NCBI GenBank assembly: GCA_038321865.1
Contig: JBBQFH010000001.1
Location: 64,001-128,000, forward strand
Origin: Gemmatimonadales bacterium
Lineage (GTDB): Bacteria; Gemmatimonadota; Gemmatimonadetes; Gemmatimonadales; GWC2-71-9
Length of the DNA: 64,000 bases
Reading direction: 5' to 3'
In this document: piece after piece, positions 1 through 9,821 of the stretch
Layout: every line of letters starts with the position of its first letter
Numbering within the stretch: the stretch's first letter is position 1
Program-made: the position numbers and the translations under genes
Notes under the pieces: model-generated
The model's input: only the letters and a program-made list of their open reading frames with translations
Databases searched by the model: none
Told to the model about the DNA's origin: nothing

Positions 1-2
1 AG

Positions 3-1706
3 TCGATCGGCTACACGAACAACTCGCCGGATACACTGCGGTTCGTCTGGATGCAGATGGATCAGAACCTGTTCCGGCCGGGCGCGACCGGATCGCTGCT
101 CAATTCATCCGACAGCCGCTTCGGTGGCGCCGGATTCCAGGGGGGCTTCGAGATCGACCGGATCACGCAGACCGCCGCCGCAACCGCGCGAAAGGGCGCC
201 CGGGCCGGCAGCACGACGTCCGGCACGCTCCGGACCAGGCTGGATGAGACCATGATGTATGTAGCGCTCGCGACCCCCGTGGCCCCGGGCCGTTCGACCA
301 CCATCGACATCGCATACCATTTCAACATCCCCGAGCACGGCGCGGACCGGATGGGCCGGGACGGCCCGCTCTACGAGCTGGCACAGTGGTATCCACGCAT
401 GGCGGTCTACGATGACGTGCACGGGTGGAACACCCTGCCCTACCTCGGCCAGGGCGAGTTTTACCTCGAATACGGGGACATCAATTACGAGGTGACCGTA
501 CCGGCGGGATACATCGTCGCCGGCACCGGCGTGCTGCAGAACTCGGCCGAGGTGCTGACCGCGGTGCAGCGGGCCCGGCTCGCGCTCGCCGCGCACGCCG
601 ACACGACGGTTGCGATCATCACGGCCGCCGACCTGACGTCGGGCGCGGCGCGGCCCTCCCGCGGCGGCATGACCACGTGGCGCTTCAACGCGAAGCAGGT
701 CCGGGACGTCGCCTGGGCGGCATCACCGGAGTTCATCTGGGACGCGTCGAACTGGCAGGGCGTGATGGCGAACGCCTATTACCGGCCCAGCGCCGTAGCC
801 ACATGGAAGGATGCGGCGAAGATGTCCCGTTTTACCATCGAGGAGTACAGCCGGCGCTGGCTGCGCTATCCCTATCCGCAGATATCAGCGGTCGAGGGGC
901 CGGTCTCGGGAATGGAGTATCCGATGGTCGCGATGGAAGCGCGGTCGCGGACGGCGGAGGAGCTGTTCAATGTCGTCACCCACGAAATCGGCCATATGTG
1001 GTACCCGATGATCGTGGGCTCGGACGAGCGGCGATACGCCTGGATGGACGAGGGGTTCAACACGTTCATCAATTCATTCTCGGAGGAGGACTACTGGAAG
1101 CGGTCCGACAGCCTTACCCGGAAGGGCGAGGCGCAATTCGTGTTCCGCCTCGACCAGTCGGGCACGGCGCAGCCGATCATGACGCCGGCCAACCGCTACC
1201 AGAACAACAACAACCTCGGCTCCCTGGCCTATGTGAAGCCGTCGATCGTGCTGCTGGCACTGCGGAACAAGGTGCTCGGAGCGGAGGTGTTCGACACCGC
1301 CTTTGCCGAATACACGCGGCGCTGGGCGTTCAGGCATCCGCAGCCCGCTGACTTCTTCCGCACCATGGAGAGTGTGTCGGGACGCGACCTGTCGTGGTTC
1401 TGGCGGGGCTTCTTCTTCACCACCGACGCGCTGGATCAGGCAGTCGAAAATGTGCGCCAGACCGACAGCGGCGTCGTCGTGCTGCTCCGCAACTTCGGCC
1501 CCGCCGTCATGCCCGTCGAGCTGGAACTGACCTTCAGTGACGGCACCAAGCAGGTGGTCCGGTACCCGGTGGAGATCTGGTACGCGGGGGATCGATATCT
1601 GGCCCGGATTCCGACTCCGAAACGCGTCGTCCAGGCGCGAGTAAACCCGGATGGTTTTGGACCGGACATCATTCCCGCCGACGATATGTGGAAATCGGCC
1701 CCGTAA
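3..1706 (+). CDS. M1 family zinc aminopeptidase (5' truncated by window edge)
   Basis: Frame open from base 3 (SIGYTNNSPDTL...); GMEYP motif and HEIGH-x18-E zincin motif; WxFxHPxPxDFF C-terminal motif. Confidence 0.9.
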   Translation, partial: SIGYTNNSPDTLRFVWMQMDQNLFRPGATGSLLNSSDSRFGGAGFQGGFEIDRITQTAAATARKGARAGSTTSGTLRTRLDETMMYVALATPVAPGRSTTIDIAYHFNIPEHGADRMGRDGPLYELAQWYPRMAVYDDVHGWNTLPYLGQGEFYLEYGDINYEVTVPAGYIVAGTGVLQNSAEVLTAVQRARLALAAHADTTVAIITAADLTSGAARPSRGGMTTWRFNAKQVRDVAWAASPEFIWDASNWQGVMANAYYRPSAVATWKDAAKMSRFTIEEYSRRWLRYPYPQISAVEGPVSGMEYPMVAMEARSRTAEELFNVVTHEIGHMWYPMIVGSDERRYAWMDEGFNTFINSFSEEDYWKRSDSLTRKGEAQFVFRLDQSGTAQPIMTPANRYQNNNNLGSLAYVKPSIVLLALRNKVLGAEVFDTAFAEYTRRWAFRHPQPADFFRTMESVSGRDLSWFWRGFFFTTDALDQAVENVRQTDSGVVVLLRNFGPAVMPVELELTFSDGTKQVVRYPVEIWYAGDRYLARIPTPKRVVQARVNPDGFGPDIIPADDMWKSAP

Positions 1707-1710
1707 CCGG

Positions 1711-3813
1711 CTAGCGGCTCAGCGTCTCCCTCGCCCGGACAACCCGGGCGGCGGCGGCGCCGACGCGCGTGGCGAGCTCGTGCAGTTCCAGCTGGGCGCG
1801 CGCCGGATCGTTGTCGCGCAGCGCCTCCCCGACACCCGGAAACGGCATGTCGGAATAGCCGTTGTCGCGGTCTGACGCGATCACCAGGTTACGCATCCGC
1901 GGACGTCCGCGAAGTCCCGTTGGACGTACCATTTCCTGCTCCACTCCCCGCAACACCTGGTTCACCCGGGCCAGCCGCGCCGCCGGCAGCGCTCCGCGTG
2001 CCAGCGCGGAGTCGCGGGCGGCATCGAACGCCAGACCCGCCCGCTTCAGGCCCGCGATGGCCGCGTCGAGCGAATCGAAGCGGAGGCCGGACCGCTTGGC
2101 CGCCGCCGATCGGGCGAGCGTCCCCGAGAGGCCGGCCAGCCGGTCCGCGAGCGCCGCATCGTCATAGGGGACGATGTCCGCATTGCCGAGCCGGGCCAGC
2201 AGCACCGCCGACAGGCGTGCGGCCGCCGCGGCACTCAAGAAACCCGGATCGCCAAAGCGGTCCTGGAAGGCGTACGTGTCGTACGCTGAGTGGTACCCGC
2301 CGCCGGGGCCGCCGAAGCCGTACTCGATCGCCGGGATCCCGAGGAAGTTGTAGAAGCCGCCGAAATCGCTGCCACCGCCGAGATCACCAAGCCGCACGTC
2401 GCCGGTATCGGCAGGGGGACGCGCCCGACGCCACGCCGCGTACACGCTGACGGTGTCACCCGGCTGCGTCACCGTCGTGCTCACATCCCGGATCAGCCCG
2501 TGCAGCGAGGCGGTGCCGCCCGCGCCGAACTGCCGGCCGTCGGCGGCGTCATCCTGATTGAGATACGCCACGGCGCGGGCGCGCAGCGTGTCCTGCATGA
2601 GCTCGGCGTACTCAGTCGAGCCGACCAGCCCCCATTCCTCTGCGTCCCAGGTCGCGAAGACCAGGGTGCGTCTCGGCCGGTGACCGGCCTTGACCGCGGC
2701 GCCCCAGGCGCGCGCGGCCCCGAGGACGCTGGTGACGCCACCGACGTTGTCCCGTGCGCCAGGTCCCCAGGCGTCACGGTGGCCGCCGATCAGCACCATT
2801 TCGTCGGGCCACGCGCTGCCCCGAATCACCCCGAAGGTGTTGGTGATCGTCTTGTAGGCCTGCTCGCCGCTCTGATGCCAGAGCGCGACGCGGGCCGTCA
2901 CGCCATCGCCCCCCACGTGATATCGAAAGCCAAGCCCGCCCTGCCATGCCTGTGATGGCAGCCCCGCACCGCGCATCGGCGACAGCAGCAGGGACGCATT
3001 CCGGTAGCCGATGGGCACGACCGGAATGCGAGAGACCGCCAGCGAGTCGAGCGGGAGACGCCGGGCGCCGGCGGTCGATGGCCACCCCGGCGTCGTGGGG
3101 TCGCCATCGCCGTTGAAGACACTGCCCCGCTGGACGCCGTCCGGGTTCCGCATGGGGCCCACCGGATAGACGTCGCCACGGACAAAGCCATCGTCCTGCG
3201 GGTCCGAGTACAGGAGGAGCGCACTGGCCCCGTGCGCTTCGGCCTCGCGCGCCTTGATGCCGCGAAAGCTTCGTCCATATCGCGCCAGGACGATCCTGCC
3301 ACGCACGTCCACGTGGATGGAATCCAGCGCGGCGTAATCGTCCGCCAGGCCATAGTTCACGTAGATGACGGGGGCCGTCACGTCGCCCGAGCCGGCACTC
3401 CCGTTCATCGCGGGCCACGGCTTGCCCTGTGTGGTCGGATCGTCGGGCAGTGCCGGTTCCTCGAGTGCCAGCCGCACGCGCGACGGCGTGATGATCTCGA
3501 CGATCGTCGAATCGGGGTACGGCATCCAGACCCGGAAGTTGAGCCGGCTGGTGTCGAGTCCCGCCGCCTTCATCTCGCGAAGAACGTATGCCGCCGTCGC
3601 CTGCTGTGCCGGGGTGCCGGCGACGTGCGGAACGGCACTCAGCGTGCGCACGTCCACTCGCGCCCTCGCCGAGTCCGGCACGCTTCGAAGCAGCGATTCG
3701 AGCGTGCGCTCCGCAGCGCCGGACGCGATCGAAAACCCCGCCGGCACACCTTGAGCCAGGAGCGAGGTCACGGAACATGCCAGCAATGGCAGCACCAGGC
3801 GAAGCAGACGCAC
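1711..3813 (-). CDS. M28 glutamate carboxypeptidase II/transferrin-receptor-like peptidase, exported
   Basis: GTG at 3813 after AGAGGAG SD; signal peptide; PA domain (VYVNYG..DY), GGHRDAW, WDAEEWGLVGS, YHSAYD. Confidence 0.9.
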   Translation of the reverse strand: MRLLRLVLPLLACSVTSLLAQGVPAGFSIASGAAERTLESLLRSVPDSARARVDVRTLSAVPHVAGTPAQQATAAYVLREMKAAGLDTSRLNFRVWMPYPDSTIVEIITPSRVRLALEEPALPDDPTTQGKPWPAMNGSAGSGDVTAPVIYVNYGLADDYAALDSIHVDVRGRIVLARYGRSFRGIKAREAEAHGASALLLYSDPQDDGFVRGDVYPVGPMRNPDGVQRGSVFNGDGDPTTPGWPSTAGARRLPLDSLAVSRIPVVPIGYRNASLLLSPMRGAGLPSQAWQGGLGFRYHVGGDGVTARVALWHQSGEQAYKTITNTFGVIRGSAWPDEMVLIGGHRDAWGPGARDNVGGVTSVLGAARAWGAAVKAGHRPRRTLVFATWDAEEWGLVGSTEYAELMQDTLRARAVAYLNQDDAADGRQFGAGGTASLHGLIRDVSTTVTQPGDTVSVYAAWRRARPPADTGDVRLGDLGGGSDFGGFYNFLGIPAIEYGFGGPGGGYHSAYDTYAFQDRFGDPGFLSAAAAARLSAVLLARLGNADIVPYDDAALADRLAGLSGTLARSAAAKRSGLRFDSLDAAIAGLKRAGLAFDAARDSALARGALPAARLARVNQVLRGVEQEMVRPTGLRGRPRMRNLVIASDRDNGYSDMPFPGVGEALRDNDPARAQLELHELATRVGAAAARVVRARETLSR

Positions 3814-3862
3814 GGCAACTCCTCTTAGAGGTCGGCAGGGCATGCGATGGGTGCAGTAGAAT

Positions 3863-3954
3863 GGGTGGGAAGTGAGAGTTGGGAAAGCCCGGCCGAGCGG
3901 GGCCGCCGCCAGGACGAGACCTTCTTGCCTCTCACCCCCCACCCGGAAAGGAGG
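3863..3954 (-). other. Long intergenic RNA stem-loop with flanking anti-SD-like sequence
   Basis: 16-bp stem 3929-3944/3863-3878 closes fully on the minus strand with two G-U pairs; inner helices present; CCUCCUUUC at 3954-3946. Confidence 0.6.
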
Positions 3955-5448
3955 TCAGGAAGTTGCCGCCGTCACGTCGAAGATCATCATCGCCGGGCTG
4001 GCCGGATCCTTGGCGGCGAAGACGTATCGGCGGCCGTTGATCGTCGCAAAGGTGCCGGTGTGGAGTCCGGTCGGCACGATGTAGCTGGTGGCGAAGGCCG
4101 GGTGAGCCGGATCAGCCAGGCTGTACAGGTACAACCCGCCGAGCGAACCGCCCTCAGCGGTGAACAGCAGCCACTTCCCGTCGGCGCTGACCTCCACGTC
4201 ACTCACCGTGCCGATGCCGGCGGTCTTGATCGAGTCGGCGATGGATGGGGCGCCGCTCGCGTCGAGGCGCCAGACCTTCAGCACGTTGCCCGCCGCGCTT
4301 CGGGTTCCCCACGTGCCGGTGTAGGCGAACCCATTCTGCACCCAGAGATCGGAGCTGAAGCGCTCCGGTACGTTGTTGCCGCCGGCAATCCTGGAGAGCG
4401 TGTTCCCCTGCAGCTTCAGCTGGTAGAGCCCGGTGAGCATGTCGATCGCATAGAGCGACCCGTTCCAGAGCTGCACCCCCCAGGTGTATGTGTTGCCCGC
4501 GCCGCCGGGCCGAATCTCCGAGATGACCCGGCCGGACAAGTCTCCCGTCAGCGCGCCGGACACGTCGAGCGCTACGACTCCACCGTTGTAGAACGCGGCG
4601 AAGAGAATCTGTGCCGGCTCATCCATCCAGAAGTTATGGACGCCCACGCTGTCGCCGGCGATCGACGGGTGATGGTAAAAGGCGACCTCGTGCGGGGCGG
4701 CGAGATTGGAGACGTCGACCACGTGAATATCCCCGGTCGACCGGCTTCCGATCCCGCCACTGGGCCCTTCCTGGCCGATGAACAGGTAGCGCTTTTCGCC
4801 GCTCACCGGGTTGTGGAACCACCATCCATTGTGAACATTCGGGCCGTCCACCGAACCAGCGGTCGCGGTCACAAAGCTGCTGACCAGCTGGGGACTCTCT
4901 GGCGAGCCGCCCCGAATGCCGTTGCCGACGTCGTAGATTCGCAGCCCCGTGTTCCACAGGAACGCGAAGGCAAGCCCATCGCGCACGAAGGTGTCATGCG
5001 CACCGTAATCGGCCGGTACCGCGATGGTCTGAAGCAGCACCGGCGCCGCCTGGACGAACGGCTGCGCCGTCTCACTGAAGGTGACCGGCGAGCCGGCGAG
5101 GCCGGTGACTGCCGCACGGACCTGCTGCGTTCCGGGTGCCGCGCCCAGGGTGACCGTGACGCTCGCCAGGCCCTGGCCATCGCTGACCGAGCTGGCCGCG
5201 GACACCGAACCGCCTCCACTCACGACCGACCACGCCACCGTCACCCCCGCGACCGGCTGGTCCAGCGCGTCCAGCACCGACACCCGGAGCGGCAGCGGCA
5301 GCACAGTCCCGGTCGTGCCGCTCTGGCCACCGCCATCCCCGGCCACCAGCCGCGCGGCGGTGCCGCCAGGTGACACGCTGTCCTTCCCGCAGGCCGCAGC
5401 CAGCAGGAGGGCGAACCCGAGGGCCGAGTGCAGGCGGGCTTTGGCCAA
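3955..5448 (-). CDS. Lipoprotein with N-terminal Ig-like domain and LVIVD-type beta-propeller
   Basis: TTG start after GGAGG; lipobox LLAAAC; Ig-like PLRVSVLD..PVAGVTVAW; repeats LRIYDV, IHVVDVS, VVALDVS, MMIFDV. Confidence 0.75.
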   Translation of the reverse strand: MAKARLHSALGFALLLAAACGKDSVSPGGTAARLVAGDGGGQSGTTGTVLPLPLRVSVLDALDQPVAGVTVAWSVVSGGGSVSAASSVSDGQGLASVTVTLGAAPGTQQVRAAVTGLAGSPVTFSETAQPFVQAAPVLLQTIAVPADYGAHDTFVRDGLAFAFLWNTGLRIYDVGNGIRGGSPESPQLVSSFVTATAGSVDGPNVHNGWWFHNPVSGEKRYLFIGQEGPSGGIGSRSTGDIHVVDVSNLAAPHEVAFYHHPSIAGDSVGVHNFWMDEPAQILFAAFYNGGVVALDVSGALTGDLSGRVISEIRPGGAGNTYTWGVQLWNGSLYAIDMLTGLYQLKLQGNTLSRIAGGNNVPERFSSDLWVQNGFAYTGTWGTRSAAGNVLKVWRLDASGAPSIADSIKTAGIGTVSDVEVSADGKWLLFTAEGGSLGGLYLYSLADPAHPAFATSYIVPTGLHTGTFATINGRRYVFAAKDPASPAMMIFDVTAATS

Positions 5449-5451
5449 AGC

Positions 5452-5865
5452 CTACTGCCCTCCGCCACCGCCGCCGCCGGCCGCTACCGCCGTCAGCGTG
5501 AACGTCTGCGGGGAACCGCTGAGTCCCGGCACGGAAGCCGTGATCACCTGCGGGCCGGCCTGGCCGTAAGTGAAGTTGACGGATGAGACGCCCGCGGCGC
5601 TGGTCTCCTGCGTGGTGACCGAGGTCGCGCCACCGCCCGAGGTGACCGCCCACGTCACCGTCACGCCGGCCACCGGATCGTTGGCCGCATTGTCCACCCG
5701 AACCCGAAGCGGCGCCGCGGCCACGGCGCCGACGGCGCCGGTTTGCGGCTGGCCATCCAGCATTACCATCTTGGCCGGCACCGTCGGATCCGCCGGATTG
5801 GACTTGTTGCAGGCGGCGACGATGACGCCAAGCGCCAGCAGCCACATCATTCCATTCACTCGCAT
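5452..5865 (-). CDS. Small single-Ig-domain lipoprotein, paralogous to the N-terminus of the downstream gene
   Basis: AGGAG SD; lipobox IVAAC; near-identical Ig motifs to 3955..5448. Confidence 0.75.
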   Translation of the reverse strand: MRVNGMMWLLALGVIVAACNKSNPADPTVPAKMVMLDGQPQTGAVGAVAAAPLRVRVDNAANDPVAGVTVTWAVTSGGGATSVTTQETSAAGVSSVNFTYGQAGPQVITASVPGLSGSPQTFTLTAVAAGGGGGGGQ

Positions 5866-5874
5866 TCGTGTCTC

Positions 5875-7110
5875 CTAGTGTTGCATGTGGGAGTCCGCGC
5901 CGTGTCCGCCGGCGTCATTTGCATCCATTGACCCGTACCTGCCCATCCGATGCATGGTGGCCCCCCAGCCGAGCCGAACAGCCACGTTCACCGACCAGAT
6001 GCGATCCCTTCCATAGAAGCTAGCGGGGTCGAAGCCTGCCCCGTCCAGGGATGTGACGCTCGCCAGCGCCGCCTCCAGCTGCGGCTCGATCTGCACGCCC
6101 GACACCGGCAGCCGGATGGAATATCCCGCCGTCACGATCGTCCATCGTGTGCGCCCAAGCACCGAGTTGTCGAGATGCGGCCGGACGGACCGATAGGGGT
6201 CGAGCAGGCGCTGTTCCTCCGGCCGCTCAGTTCGCTCGACCCGCCACAGGAGACGCTGAGACCCCGCCGACCATGCACCCTCAGCGAGCATACTGTGGTA
6301 CACGAAGAATCCGGCCGCCTCCGAGCTCCGCTCCCATTCCGCCATCAAATAGGTCGGATGGGCGTCGGCTCGGCTCTCCCAACGCGCGGACCCGCTCCAC
6401 TTCTCCTGATCGGGACCGCCTCCCGGCCGATGCTCCGGCGAGTGCACGTGGGCGATCGAGCCCTGCAATTCGAGCCCGGCCAGCGGCGCGAAGGTCGCCC
6501 TGGCCGACCAGGAATCGCCGAAGCGGCCGATCAGCGGCCATTGGCCCGGCCGCTCGGGCTCATCCCCGTTGAAGATCGCCGCCTCGAACGACACCGGGCC
6601 GGTCCGGAACGCACCGATCGCGATCGCGCGCTCCAGAATCTGCGCCAGATGGTGGTTGACCGGGTAGCGGATGAGGGGGCGGGACATGGGGTCGTCCGTC
6701 CCGAAGGGCGCGAATCCCTTCCCTGCGCTGAGCGACAGCCGTGCCTGCCCGTCCAACCGGCCGAGCAGATCGCCGGCGGAGACGATCAGCTCGTGCACGT
6801 AGGTGTGGGGATGCCGGCGATCCACAAAGCCTTCACCCCAGTCCCCGGGCGCGAGCTCGCCGTTCGGAATGGTCAGCCCTTCCAGGTTGCCGGTGCCGGT
6901 GAGCTCCAGTCTTCCGCCCGCAAATCCGGCATGGATCATGACCGTCGGCTGCACAACGCGAAACTCGTCGGCCGTCCCGCCGCCCGGTGCCGCACCGACG
7001 TGCGTATAGAGCCCGATCGCGTGCACGCCGACATGCAGATAGGGGTCCTGGGCCATGCCCGGGGAGGACAGCACGAGCGAGCCGAGGGCGACGCAGACGA
7101 GGTGGCGCAG
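5875..7110 (-). CDS. Uncharacterised His-rich outer-membrane beta-barrel protein
   Basis: Signal peptide; alternating aromatic beta-strands; motifs DRRHPHTYVHE, NHHL, FNGDEPE, DSWSAR; His/Met tail. Start assigned to CTG 7 nt after GGAGG. Confidence 0.65.
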   Translation of the reverse strand: MRHLVCVALGSLVLSSPGMAQDPYLHVGVHAIGLYTHVGAAPGGGTADEFRVVQPTVMIHAGFAGGRLELTGTGNLEGLTIPNGELAPGDWGEGFVDRRHPHTYVHELIVSAGDLLGRLDGQARLSLSAGKGFAPFGTDDPMSRPLIRYPVNHHLAQILERAIAIGAFRTGPVSFEAAIFNGDEPERPGQWPLIGRFGDSWSARATFAPLAGLELQGSIAHVHSPEHRPGGGPDQEKWSGSARWESRADAHPTYLMAEWERSSEAAGFFVYHSMLAEGAWSAGSQRLLWRVERTERPEEQRLLDPYRSVRPHLDNSVLGRTRWTIVTAGYSIRLPVSGVQIEPQLEAALASVTSLDGAGFDPASFYGRDRIWSVNVAVRLGWGATMHRMGRYGSMDANDAGGHGADSHMQH

Positions 7111-7133
7111 GAGGGATCCTCCGGACTGCAGGG

Positions 7134-7895
7134 CTAGCCGGTGACCTCGCTGCGGGCGATGGCGCTGGCTCGAACGTAGTCGCGGTTCATGCGGGTGATC
7201 GTGTCGATGCTGATCTCCTTGGGACACGCTTCCTGGCATTCGCCGAAGAGGCTGCAGCCGCCGAAGGACTCCGCATCCATGCGCGCGACCATGCGCAGTG
7301 CCCGGCGGTAGCGTTCGGTTTGCCCCTGCGGCAGCAGACCGAGGTGCGCGATCTTGGCTGCAGTGAACAGCGAGGCCGACCCGTTCGGACAGGCCGCGAC
7401 GCAGGCGCCGCATCCGATGCATTGGGCCGCATCCATGGCGATCTCGGCCGCGGCCTTCGGGATCGGAATGGCGTTCCCGTCCGGTGCGCCGCCGGTGTTG
7501 ACCGCGACGTAGCCGCCCGCCTGAATGATCCGGTCCAGCGCGCCGCGGTCGACCACCAGATCCTTGATGATCGGGAAGGCCCGGGAGCGCCATGGCTCGA
7601 CGTGGATCTCGGCACCATCCTCGAAACTCCGCATGTGGAGCTGGCAGGTGGCGGTGCCCTTCATCGGCCCGTGGGCCACGCCATCGATCATGAGCGAGCA
7701 CGAGCCGCAGATCCCTTCACGGCAATCGTGATCGAAGGCAATCGGCTCCTCCCCCTTCGCCGTGAGCCGCTCATTCACCACATCGAGCATTTCGAGGAAC
7801 GACATGTCCGGCGAAATGTCCGGCGCCTCGTAGCGCACCATGCGCCCGGGTGCGGAGGGCGCCGCCTGCCGCCAGACCCGCAAGGTCAGGTTCAC
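7134..7895 (-). CDS. sdhB: Succinate dehydrogenase/fumarate reductase iron-sulfur subunit
   Basis: [36 protein letters not shown] after GGAGG. Confidence 0.95.
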   Translation of the reverse strand: MNLTLRVWRQAAPSAPGRMVRYEAPDISPDMSFLEMLDVVNERLTAKGEEPIAFDHDCREGICGSCSLMIDGVAHGPMKGTATCQLHMRSFEDGAEIHVEPWRSRAFPIIKDLVVDRGALDRIIQAGGYVAVNTGGAPDGNAIPIPKAAAEIAMDAAQCIGCGACVAACPNGSASLFTAAKIAHLGLLPQGQTERYRRALRMVARMDAESFGGCSLFGECQEACPKEISIDTITRMNRDYVRASAIARSEVTG

Positions 7896-7905
7896 GGCGA
7901 CCTCC

Positions 7906-9819
7906 TCACTTGTAGCTCCGCTGCGCGAGATGCACGTACTCGAAGTCGAGCGGCTCCTTGCGCAGCACCGCCTCGCGGCCCTCGCCTGCGTATTCCCACC
8001 CCGCCACGTAGGCGAAGTGCTCGTCGTCGCGCAGGGCCTCCCCGTCCCCGGTCTGGTGCTCCACCCGGAAGTGCCCGCCGCACGACTCCTCGCGGTGGAG
8101 GGCGTCACGGCACATCAGCTCCGCCAGCTCGAAGAAGTCTGCGACCCGACCAGCCTTCTCGAGGGCCTGGTTCAGCTCCGCATCGCTGCCGGGCACGTTC
8201 ACGTCGCGCCAGAACTCGTCCCGGAGCACCGGAATCCGCTCCAGCGCCTCCCGGAGGCCCTCAGCCGACCGCGCCATGCCGCAGTGGTCCCACATCAGCT
8301 TGCCGAGCTCGCGGTGAAAGGAATCCACGGTCCGGCTGCCCCGAATCGACAGGAATCGCTGCGTGCGCTCGCGCACCTCGGCCGCGGCACGCTCGAATGC
8401 CGGATGGGTGGTGTCCACCGGGGCCGGGCGTGCCGACGCGAGGTAATCGCCGACGGTGTAGGGCAGGACGAAGTAGCCGTCCGCGAGTCCCTGCATGAGC
8501 GCGCTCGCACCCAGGCGATTGGCGCCATGATCGGAGAAGTTGGCTTCGCCGATCACGTGCAGCCCGGGGATGGTGCTCATCAGGTTGTAGTCCACCCAGA
8601 GTCCGCCCATGGTGTAGTGCACCGCGGGATAGATCCGCATGGGAACCCGGTATGGATTCTCGTCGGTGATCCGCTCGTACATCTCGAAGAGATTGCCGTA
8701 CCGCTCCCGGATGCGTGCCTCGCCCAGGCGCGCGATCGCATCAGCGAAGTCGAGATACACGCCGTAGCCCCCCGGACCGACGCCGTAGCCGTTGTCGCAC
8801 TGCTCCTTGGCCGCGCGGGACGCGACGTCCCGAGGCACGAGGTTGCCGAAGCTCGGATAGCGCCGCTCGAGGTAGTAGTCACGTTCCGCTTCGGGAATCT
8901 GGCCGGGCGGGCGGTCGTCACCCTTCCGCTTCGGGACCCAGACGCGCCCGTCGTTCCGGAGCGACTCGCTCATGAGCGTGAGCTTGGACTGATAGCTGCC
9001 GCTGACCGGAATGCAGGTCGGATGAATCTGGGTGTAGCAGGGGTTGGCGAACGCCGCGCCACGCTTGTGCGCGCGCCAGATCGCGGTGGCGTTGGAGCCC
9101 TTCGCGTTGGTCGAGAGATAGAACACGTTGCCATAGCCGCCGGTGCCGAGCACCACGGCGTCGGCCGCGTGCGACTCGATCGCTCCCGTCACCATGTCGC
9201 GGGTGATGATGCCCCTGGCCTGCCCGTCGATCACGACGACATCCAGCATTTCCGTACGCGGATACATCGTCACGCCGCCGCGGTCGATTTCCTTCTCCAG
9301 CGCCTGGTACGCGCCCAGGAGCAGCTGCTGGCCGGTCTGCCCGCGGGCGTAGAAGGTGCGCGAGACCTGCGCGCCCCCGAACGACCGGTTGGCCAGGAGC
9401 CCGCCGTACTCGCGCGCGAACGGGACGCCCTGCGCGACGCACTGGTCGATGATGTTGACGCTGATCTGAGCCAGCCGGTAGACGTTCGCCTCGCGCGAGC
9501 GGTAGTCCCCGCCCTTCACGGTGTCGTAGAACAGCCGGTAGATGCTGTCGCCGTCGTTCTGATAGTTCTTGGCGGCGTTGATGCCGCCCTGGGCCGCGAT
9601 GGAGTGGGCCCGGCGGGGCGAGTCCTGGAAGCAGAAGCACTTCACGTTGTAGCCCAGCTCGCTCAGCGACGCCGCCGCCGAGCCGCCGGCGAGCCCCGTG
9701 CCGACGACGATGATCGTGTATTTCCGCTTGTTGGCGGGGTTCACCAGCTTCATTTCGAAGCGGTGCCTGTCCCACTTCTGTTCGATCGGCCCATCGGGCA
9801 CACGAGACATCAGGTCCAT
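7906..9819 (-). CDS. sdhA: Succinate dehydrogenase/fumarate reductase flavoprotein subunit
   Basis: [16 protein letters not shown] (covalent FAD His), [26 protein letters not shown]. Confidence 0.97.
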   Translation of the reverse strand: MDLMSRVPDGPIEQKWDRHRFEMKLVNPANKRKYTIIVVGTGLAGGSAAASLSELGYNVKCFCFQDSPRRAHSIAAQGGINAAKNYQNDGDSIYRLFYDTVKGGDYRSREANVYRLAQISVNIIDQCVAQGVPFAREYGGLLANRSFGGAQVSRTFYARGQTGQQLLLGAYQALEKEIDRGGVTMYPRTEMLDVVVIDGQARGIITRDMVTGAIESHAADAVVLGTGGYGNVFYLSTNAKGSNATAIWRAHKRGAAFANPCYTQIHPTCIPVSGSYQSKLTLMSESLRNDGRVWVPKRKGDDRPPGQIPEAERDYYLERRYPSFGNLVPRDVASRAAKEQCDNGYGVGPGGYGVYLDFADAIARLGEARIRERYGNLFEMYERITDENPYRVPMRIYPAVHYTMGGLWVDYNLMSTIPGLHVIGEANFSDHGANRLGASALMQGLADGYFVLPYTVGDYLASARPAPVDTTHPAFERAAAEVRERTQRFLSIRGSRTVDSFHRELGKLMWDHCGMARSAEGLREALERIPVLRDEFWRDVNVPGSDAELNQALEKAGRVADFFELAELMCRDALHREESCGGHFRVEHQTGDGEALRDDEHFAYVAGWEYAGEGREAVLRKEPLDFEYVHLAQRSYK

Positions 9820-9821
9820 GC

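Noticed and set aside
3946..4040. Perfect plus-strand SD (AAAGGAGGT) followed by TTG and a ~25-codon antisense ORF
   Set aside because: Low-complexity peptide overlapping a real gene; better explained as the minus-strand anti-SD element
5449..5454. TAG of the small Ig lipoprotein is in frame with the next gene (possible amber read-through)
   Set aside because: The downstream gene has its own SD (within the Gly codons) and its own lipoprotein signal, so a fusion makes little sense; no pyl genes seen
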